From an uncultured Chlamydiae bacterium (GTDB taxonomy: Bacteria > Chlamydiota > Chlamydiia > Chlamydiales > SM23-39): a stretch of DNA of 64,000 bases. The notes under the pieces were generated by a model, which did not search any database, was not told the DNA's origin, and saw only the letters and a program-made list of their open reading frames with translations. The DNA lies in assembly GCA_963828125.1 (NCBI GenBank), contig CAWHDP010000002.1, positions 32,001 to 96,000 of the forward strand, read 5' to 3'. Both the position numbers and the translations under genes were made by a program. Position 1 is the first letter of the stretch. Each line of letters begins with the position of its first letter. Positions 56,400 through 64,000 of the stretch are shown here, one piece after another.

Positions 56400-57677
56400 A
56401 TGCAATTCACTGTGACGATGCCTAAACTTTCCCCCACGATGGAAGAGGGGACGATCGCCAAATGGCACAAGAAAGAAGGGGACAAAGTCGGGGCAGGGGA
56501 GCTACTCGTCGATGTAGCCACCGATAAAGCGACCATCGAATACAATGCCCTCGACGAGGGGTATCTTCGGAAGATTCTGATTCCGAATGGGGGTCATGCT
56601 GTCGTCAATCAGCCGATTGCCCTATTCACAGAAAAAGCAAACGAACATTTCGCACTCCCAGAGGTTAAGCCCGAGCCGCCCAAAGCCGCTGCTCCGTCTA
56701 CAGCCGCCCCTACCGCTTCTATCAAGCCTGCTGTTGCGGCAGCCATGCAGCAGCCCGCCTTCGCGCCGGAACCGCCTCTGGAAAAATATGAGTTCGCCTT
56801 TCCAACAGGTGGCTCCGGTAGGCGCACGCCAGCCTCTCCGCTCGCGAAAAAGCTCGCCAAAGAGAAGGGGCTCGACATCGCCTCGGTGAAAGGCTCCGGG
56901 CCAGGCGGGAGGGTCGTTAGCCGCGATCTCGACCTCGCGCAGCCCGATCAGACAGTCTCCTTTGGGAAACGGGAGGCGCCGACCGAGACGCCCGGCAGCT
57001 ATGAGGAGCTCTCCCTCACCCCGATGCGCAAAGTGATCGCGCAAAGATTGCAGCAAGCCAAGAGTTTTATTCCTCATATCTATGTGAGACAAGAGATCGA
57101 TGCGGCCCCCCTTGTTGAGGCGCGCGAGCAGCTCAAAAGCGGGAACGTAAAAGTGACGTTCAACGACTTCGTGATTAGGGCCTGCGCCCTCGCTCTCCGG
57201 GAACACCCGAATGCCAACAGCGGCTTTGATTCAGTGAACCAGTCGATCATTCTGTTTAAGACGGTCGATATTTCCGTAGCAGTCACTGTGGAAGGGGGGC
57301 TGATTACCCCGATCATCCGTCACGCCGACTACAAAAACCTCGGTGAAATATCGCTTGAAGTCAAAGAACTTGCGACAAGAGCCCGCGCAGGGAAATTGCA
57401 GCCCGAGGAGTACAAAGGGGGATCGTTCACGATCTCCAATATGGGGATGTTCGGAGTGAGCGACTTCGCCGCCATCATCAATCCCCCCCAAGCAGCGATC
57501 CTCGCCATTGGCGGCATCGAAGAGTGTCCTTGCGTGAGACAGGGGCAAGTGGTGGTGGGGAAGCGGATGCATTTGATCCTTTCCGCCGACCACAGAGTGC
57601 TAGACGGGGCCGAGGCCGCCAAGTTCATCAAGGCTGTTCAAAAATATCTAGAGAATCCGGCGCTACTGCTGGTTTAA
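56400..57677 (+). CDS. pdhC: Pyruvate dehydrogenase E2 dihydrolipoamide acetyltransferase
   Basis: Lipoyl domain TDKA, ASPLAKK...GSGPGGR, DHRVLDG. Confidence 0.97.
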   Translation: MQFTVTMPKLSPTMEEGTIAKWHKKEGDKVGAGELLVDVATDKATIEYNALDEGYLRKILIPNGGHAVVNQPIALFTEKANEHFALPEVKPEPPKAAAPSTAAPTASIKPAVAAAMQQPAFAPEPPLEKYEFAFPTGGSGRRTPASPLAKKLAKEKGLDIASVKGSGPGGRVVSRDLDLAQPDQTVSFGKREAPTETPGSYEELSLTPMRKVIAQRLQQAKSFIPHIYVRQEIDAAPLVEAREQLKSGNVKVTFNDFVIRACALALREHPNANSGFDSVNQSIILFKTVDISVAVTVEGGLITPIIRHADYKNLGEISLEVKELATRARAGKLQPEEYKGGSFTISNMGMFGVSDFAAIINPPQAAILAIGGIEECPCVRQGQVVVGKRMHLILSADHRVLDGAEAAKFIKAVQKYLENPALLLV

Positions 57678-57754
57678 TTTGTAATATGCTAATTGTCTGT
57701 GCATGAGCATATCTTTAGATAGAACATAAAATCTTTATATGACATCATATCCAC

Positions 57755-60700
57755 TTACTTTACAGGAGGTGGGCTATGGGTAAATTTACTAGAGCGGATG
57801 AAAAAATCCTCAAAGGGAAAGTGGGCGATGAGTTCCTTTTCAGTCCTGGGGAAGGATTTGAAAAAGAGGGGGCTGGCGACGAAGAGAAATTTTTTCCTTG
57901 CTCGGCTGATTGCGACGTTGAATCTGCGGTAGTCTTTCAAAAAGGGGCTGTGGAGGGTCTCTCGATCGGATACTGTGGCGGAGAAAAACACGAGATTGAA
58001 TTCTTGGCCTTGCATCCGCTCTACTGTATCGATTTTGGGATGTCTGATGGCGAAAGGAAGGGTCTCTTTCAGAGCGCTCAGGATTGTGTTGTTTTGGAGC
58101 CGATGGGGGGAAATAATGCCGATCTCTTCGATGGGAAAGGAGTAGTCTACAGTAAGGCGCTTGACTGCTTGTGCGATCCAGAGGGCCTCTTCTTTTGAGG
58201 ATTGGAGATTCCCTTCATGTTCTACGGGCACAACCGTTAATGGCTTAGATGGGTCGAGGTAGGCGTCGATGGGGTCAGAAAACAGAGGATAATGCGGCAG
58301 CTCGAGTCTTTGGGTTCGCTACGGCGCTCTGAAGCTCTTGGTCATACCAATGCCGGCTGACAAATTGGCAGATCGGTCCATTCATCCGGTGGGTTTCTTT
58401 CAATCGGAGGCGATGTTGAGGTTCGAAACGGGAGATGAGCTCTGCCAAGATGGAGCGGGCGGGGATGTCTACTGCCACAATGGGGGGCAGTTGTTGGGTG
58501 TCTCCGTAGAATAGAGCGTTTCCTTTTCCAAAGACGAGACTTAACAGCGCGTAGGAGGGGAGTATCTGCGAGGCTTCGTCAAAAATGACCCAGTCGAAGA
58601 CGCGCGGGAACTGTTTGCCCTCGAGGAGCTGGTAGGCGCCAAATCCTGTGGCGCCGAGAATAAAGCTCGTGTTTTGCATGGGCGGTTTAGCGTCTGGCAG
58701 TGGCTCTACGCCAGACTTGGCCTCGGTAAAGCGCCCATATTTCCAGATGGGGATTTGTTCTTTTGGGCCGAGGGTGCGCGCGAGTTTGAGTAAAATTTGA
58801 TCGATGGCTTGGTGGGTGAGGGCTGTCACCAGAATTTTGATCGGGCGGTCGATCGATTGTGCATGAGAGATCAGTGCGATCAATGTCCAGACGAGAAGGT
58901 GTGTCTTGCCGGTGCCTGGAGGTCCTTCGATGAGGCCGATGTTTTTTAAAAAGGGGAGGAGCAGAGCCTGTTTTTGCATCGCATTCAGGCTCGCCGCTTC
59001 GGCATGGCTGGCGTACCACTGCTCTACCCACTCTGCTGCAAGGATGGGGGCCTGTTTTCCGTGGCCGTGGAGCGTGTGGATGATCTCGGGTCTAAATTTA
59101 GGGTCTTTGAGCCTTTGTAAAACGGTTTCGATTTTGGGCGCATTCCAGTCTGTCGCACATTCATCGAGGGCGTATAATTGGTTTTTGCCGATGGGCATTT
59201 TGTCAGACAGAGGCTGAATGGAAAGCGTCCCCTCTTCGGGAGAGTAGGAGGTGAGGATGACGGTAAGGCCGTCCTGAATCTGCGCACTATGCGCGGCAGA
59301 GAGTTTGAGGAAGTCGCCGACCCGAAATTTGGCAACGGGCGCTTTGGGATCGATCGAAAAGAAGTAGCGGCTTTCTCTCTTTTCTGAAATGACGCTTAAA
59401 AACGTTAGGGGGCCAATGGCACGAAACTGCTCCACGCGCGTTGCCAGGGGGTTTTTCTGAAAGGCTAGTGTGGCAAGAGTCCGCTCTTCCCACTCCCTGC
59501 GCTGCATGGATAGGTAGGTATCGATAAGACCGGTTGGAGGCGGCGCAGCAGAGCAGGTGCTTTTTACGTGGGAGGCGCACCAGGTACAAATCTGTTTGTA
59601 TAAGTCAGGGGGGACGGAAACATCGTCGTGGTAGAGACTGAGCGGTGGGGGTGGGTCTGTCATCAGCCCTAAGCATCTAGCCACCTGGGTTGCGGTGAGA
59701 TGCCCTTCGACGGGCCAAGTAAAATGTTTTTGGAGAAAAGAGTGGATCGATGGCCAATCATCAGCATTGGGGAGAAAATCGGCAGATTCGGGTTTGACAC
59801 AGACAATCGGTCGTGCGGGCGGGGGCGCTTGGCTTTTCAATAGGGTCTCTTGGTAACAGTAGGAAAAGTAGCGGCAGGAGGTGCAACTGGAGTGCAAAGC
59901 GTATTGGTCGGGAGGTTTCATCGCATCGGTTCTCCATCCAGCGATGAGGTGGGGCATCCAACTGCTAAAAGGGAGGAGCGCGAAAGGGGTCCGTTTTTGC
60001 TCGGCCCCGCTCCGGTGGACTAGGCCTGCGCAGTGGGAAAGGGTCACGGGAACCCCTGGTAAAAGACGCTCTAGCAAGTAGACGTAGAAGGCAAGCCTCC
60101 ATTTTTGGGCATAGGAGAGCGTCTCTTGGGGCTTGACGTCCCACACCTCGAGGCGCACATGGGAGCCTTCGTATTTCAGATAGATCAGGTCGGGACTCCC
60201 TCTCATCGGGAAGGGGTCATCGATGGCTAGTTTTACCCCCGCTAAAAATAGAGAGGTTTGGCTGGCTACACAATCGTCAATCGCTTGTCTCAACGTAAAA
60301 TCAGCTGTTTCGAAGCGTACACCCGCCAATGTTGCGAGGATCTGTTTTTTAAAATCGCTTTTTGGCCAAACCGTTTGCAGGCGGGGATGGGGCTCTATGG
60401 CAAAACCAACACGCTGAAAATGGGCCAACCTCGGACAGGTTTGGTGCGCGACATAGCTTTGTAGTTGGTTCGCTGTCAACCCACGCTCCACGCCTTGAGG
60501 GACTTCGGGAAACAAGAACTGCCCCCACGTCTTTCTCTCGTCTTCCAATGACCATGGCCTACCCACTAGAGGGATCAACTTCTCTGTCGGGAGGTTCTCG
60601 ACGAGAAGCGGCGGAGGCTTTTGGCTCGGTTCTGTCCGATACTTGTCAAAACGCTCTAACACCCTCAGATCTAGGAGGCTAGCACAGATCTCTTTTATTT

Positions 60701-62675
60701 GGAGATCGTCCGGCAGTGAAGAGAGCCAACTGTTCCACGAAAAAGCCTGTCGCAAAAGAGGTAAATACGCTTCTACCCACTCCTGAAAGAGAGGGACAGA
60801 GTAGGGGAGCGTTAGGATTTCGAAGGGGATCCACTCATTGCTTTCAATGGCAATTTCATCAAAACGGACAAATAGCCCTTCCATTTTGGCAGACAATTGA
60901 TGTTTGATCTGGTGGTAAATAATAAAATTTCCAACCGTGCCCAAAAACGTCTCATAACAGTAGGCGCCGGATTGCAAGCGACGGACGTAAAGAGGGCCGT
61001 CTTCTCTGTAAGGCCGGCGTGCATTTTCTAACAAACGCCGTGTACGAGTCAGTAAGCCTTGCAGCTGTATACCATCATCGGCCAATAACTTGGATTTCAT
61101 CGTTTGGGCCACTTCGAAGGAGATCGGCGCTCCACAGCCACTCCAAGAGAGCTCTACACTCACCGGCTCAGCCGATGCTTCGACGAAAACTTCTCGAGAG
61201 GCTCTCTTTTCCTCAATTTGGAGCAATTTCAATCCTCTCCCCGTGAGTTGAAAAATATCGCCGATCTTTAGCTGTTTGATGACAGCTAAGGGGAGTGAAG
61301 CGATCACCTCTTTTTCTAAAATCACCTCGTATTCTTCATCTGCCGGAGGGAAATTGCTCCAAATTTGTTGTCTTTGCAAAGCGATCTTATAGCGCCATCC
61401 GCCAGAAAATAATCCCGGCTCTGGCATCGGCTGCAGCCAATCCTTGGCTCCCATCTTTTCCATGATCACGGGGAGCTCCTCTGCGGTAAAAAGGGGATGT
61501 AATGAATGGAGTGAGATCGCTTTTTTTGCATAGAGACACGATAAAATTTGCTGAAACAACACACTATGGTGGCTTGTCGCGGGACGTTTTTCTACTCTAT
61601 TTTCCTTGCCAAGCTCAAATAGAGCGAGAAATCGGAGGAGCTGGCGCTCCGCCTCGGCGCCATAGCAGACACCCCAAAATTTCAGGATGTTTTGCCTCCG
61701 GTTACCCCTCCCGATCCGCTGCAAAAAGGCCATCGTCGAGGGTGGAGGCCCCATCAACACAACGCCGTCGATATCCCCGATGTCGATCCCCATTTCCAAC
61801 GTACTGGTGGCGATGCAAAGACATTGTTTCCGATCGCGAAAGGACGATTCAATGAAGCGTCGCTCTTTAGTAGAAAGATTGGAATAGTGCAGTAGGACGT
61901 TGCCCTTAAAATTCCCTTCGCAGTTCAAAGCTTCAAATAATTGCTCGCATTTTTTACGGCTGTTTGCAAAGACCAATAACTTTTTGCACGGAAGATCATC
62001 AAAAAAAGGAACTAATTCCCGCCGTTCATCCACAATGTGCACCCAGCAAGGCTCTAGCTTCCGGGCCGCAGATTGTTGATAATAAAACACATTAGTTAGA
62101 TGAAAAAAGGAACGAATGTCCTCTGGATATGTAATGGTGGCCGACAGGGTTAATGTTTGCAGACCTCCCTTAGACTGCACTTCCAGCCGGCGCCGCAGAT
62201 GGGAGAGCTGTGATCCACGCTCCGTCCGGAGAAAAGTATGCACCTCGTCGATGATGAGGACACGAACATGTTTTAAAAAATATTTATTCTCCATATTTTG
62301 GCTGCCCAAGAGGACATCCAACGACTCTGGAGTGAGGATCAGGAGGTGGGGCTTTGCATCTTGTAGAGTTTTTCCATCCCCCGTCCGCATCCCCGATTTT
62401 AGCCCCAGTTGTTTGTAGAGCGGTTGAATCCTCCGATGCATATCCAAAGCCAATGCACGGGTCGGGACGATGTAGAGGATCGTGAAATGGCCCTGATGAG
62501 TCATCAGCCGCTCTGTCGCAGGGGCTAATACCGCCTCTGTTTTTCCCAATCCCGTACCCGCTTGGAGGATGACATCTCTTTTTTCAAGAATCGGCTGGAC
62601 GAGCGCTTTTTGTGCGGCCGTTAAAAAGCCAAATCTTCCGAAAAAGGGGCGGTACGTGTTAGGAAGCTGTTCCAG
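57755..62675 (-). pseudogene. Lhr-like SF2 helicase fused to Fe-S PD-(D/E)XK nuclease and Upf1/Dna2-like SF1 helicase; frameshift near 58313, no canonical start
   Basis: AQK..AGTGLGKT (upstream of track start), PTRAL, DEVH, SAT, TSTLEMGIDIG, QRIGRGNR; TCPR..GSPDL..WDVK..CTSCRYFSYC; EGPPGTGKT, DEASQ, GDTQQLPP; 57755-58231 supplies TVERMQGQE and RRFNVAISRAR. Confidence 0.85.
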
Positions 62676-63774
62676 TACAGAAGATGTCGAGCTGATGAAC
62701 CAACGCCTTTAGTTTGAATCTTGTTTCTTGGCTGTTTAGTTTTCCGAGAAGGACTCTCATTTGCTGTTTGATTTCCAGAGCTTTGGCCGTAATGTCGATT
62801 TGGTAGGCCTCCGCATAGAGAGTGATGAGTCGATCCTGCAGAGTTTCCCAGCGCGCCAAAGAGGAATCCTGCAATCGGACGATCTGCACACTTTTCCAAG
62901 TCTCAGAGTAATTTTGGGGAAATCGTGGTATTTCACCGCCATATTCCTCAGAGCGAACCTGATCGAAAAAAGTCTCTGTGAACGCGAACACAGGGTACAC
63001 AAAGCCGCTCTGCTGAAAAAACTGACTGAGAATTCCATAGCTCTTAACCCTTGCGCTGAGACGCCCTTGCGCGATCGATTCCGCCTCGTCGAAAAACAGC
63101 ACCAGGCCCTTGAGGCCCATTGCATGAAGGAGTGTGCCTAGAGATTGGATCATTTGGACATATGGGTCATTTCCGCGGACAGTCAAGCGGCTGTTCTCGA
63201 TACCCCTCCACCCCTCTAGCCTTCAAGATCTGTGTTAGACAGGAAATAGGGAGATCGTGGCCCGCCAATGCCTCTCCTAGCCAATAGTCGAAGTCTTTGG
63301 GTTTGAGTCCACTCTTCACCCCTCCCTTTTTGAGGAGGAGCTTATTTTTAGAGCGGAGGGCCTGCAGAATCATCCGAAAACGATGAGGCATGTCGTCGGC
63401 TACTTCCAACAAGCCCTCTTTCCATCTTGCAGCAAACGACTCCCCAGTCGGCAAAGAGAGATTCTTCATGATCGATTGGTACACAACCGGAAATTGATGA
63501 AAAGGGGTCTCCCTTACATCGAGCTGAAGGAAACTCGTCGCATACCCTTGATCGCGAGCCTGTCTCTGTAAGTAAGTCAGGTTATGGGATTTCCCCTGCC
63601 CATACGAGCCGCAAATGCACAAATGACCCGACTGCCCCTTCTCCAGAGCTTTCAAGCCCCTTAAAAGGTCTGGACGAGTCCCTCCTCCTCCATCGTCAAA
63701 CGATCCACCGCGACTGGATCGAAGAGTCCAGCTCTCAGCCGTTCGATGGCTTGTCGTACAGGAAAGGCGCCCAT
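62659..63774 (-). pseudogene. BrxD/DUF2791-like P-loop ATPase with two frameshifts
   Basis: ATG 63774 MGAFPVRQAIERLRAG; shifts near 63664 and 63177; Walker A GSYGQGKS, Walker B LVLFFDEAE; 371 aa if repaired. Confidence 0.8.
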
Positions 63775-63775
63775 C

Positions 63776-64000
63776 TTATGCATCCCACGCGGGCTCAAGC
63801 TTCTCCGCTCTTTCTCGTTCCATTTCCTGGTGGCTGGCGAGCAGATTGTCGACCAGATTAAAGTCTTGCTGAATATGCCCTTGCTCCGCCATATCGAGGA
63901 AACGGATCATCTGCTTGATGAAGAGGCGCACTTCGCTCAAAATTCCCATCTCCTCCTGTTTTTTGCACATATCTGCAATCAGATTTTCAGAAACCATGTC
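63776..64000 (-). CDS. C-terminus of probable second BrxD/DUF2791-like ATPase (runs off window)
   Basis: Frame open to window edge; EVRLFIKQMIRFLD resembles ETRFKLKALVHQLD at the end of the neighbouring ATPase. Confidence 0.5.
   Translation of the reverse strand, partial: DMVSENLIADMCKKQEEMGILSEVRLFIKQMIRFLDMAEQGHIQQDFNLVDNLLASHQEMERERAEKLEPAWDA

Noticed and set aside
59860..60460. Cas4 / CRISPR interpretation of the Fe-S nuclease
   Set aside because: It is an internal domain followed by an SF1 helicase (Dna2-like); I saw no repeat-spacer array or cas genes in the window.
63655..63670. Programmed frameshifting or phase variation in the ATPase
   Set aside because: Runs are only 2-4 nt, no clear slippery heptamer, and several independent lesions exist.

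Overview
The window looks like a chromosomal segment of an environmental chlamydia (phylum Chlamydiota, probably outside Chlamydiaceae). This is inferred from an NTT nucleotide transporter and from chlamydial core gene order: tal-(CT311-like)-V-ATPase E/C/A/B/D/I/K-(CT303-like)-valS-pknD, ihf-hyp-accA-msbA, dnaQ-like and pdhABC. It also holds one tRNA-Leu(TAG). Accessory material is interleaved with the core: (i) an AT-rich left island (1-~8.6 kb) with an IS66-like end, immunity-gene debris, a Fic gene plus a 185-bp duplicated piece of it, an esterase-zincin fusion and orphan ORFs; (ii) a tandem cassette between pknD and valS that duplicates a promoter and the valS 5' end around two highly diverged paralogs; (iii) an islet with a PI4K-like kinase and an M4 peptidase split by a complete ISL3 (25-bp IRs, 8-bp TSD); (iv) at the right end, a frameshifted defence-like operon with two BrxD/DUF2791-like ATPases and a ~1,640-aa Lhr-like helicase fused to a Dna2-like Fe-S nuclease and SF1 helicase. 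Further candidates for undescribed biology are three small secreted hydrophobic paralogs that all end in His, and a family of TATAC-ended palindromic MITE-like elements, one inserted in-frame in a core gene. All calls come from reading motifs by eye; no database searches were run.
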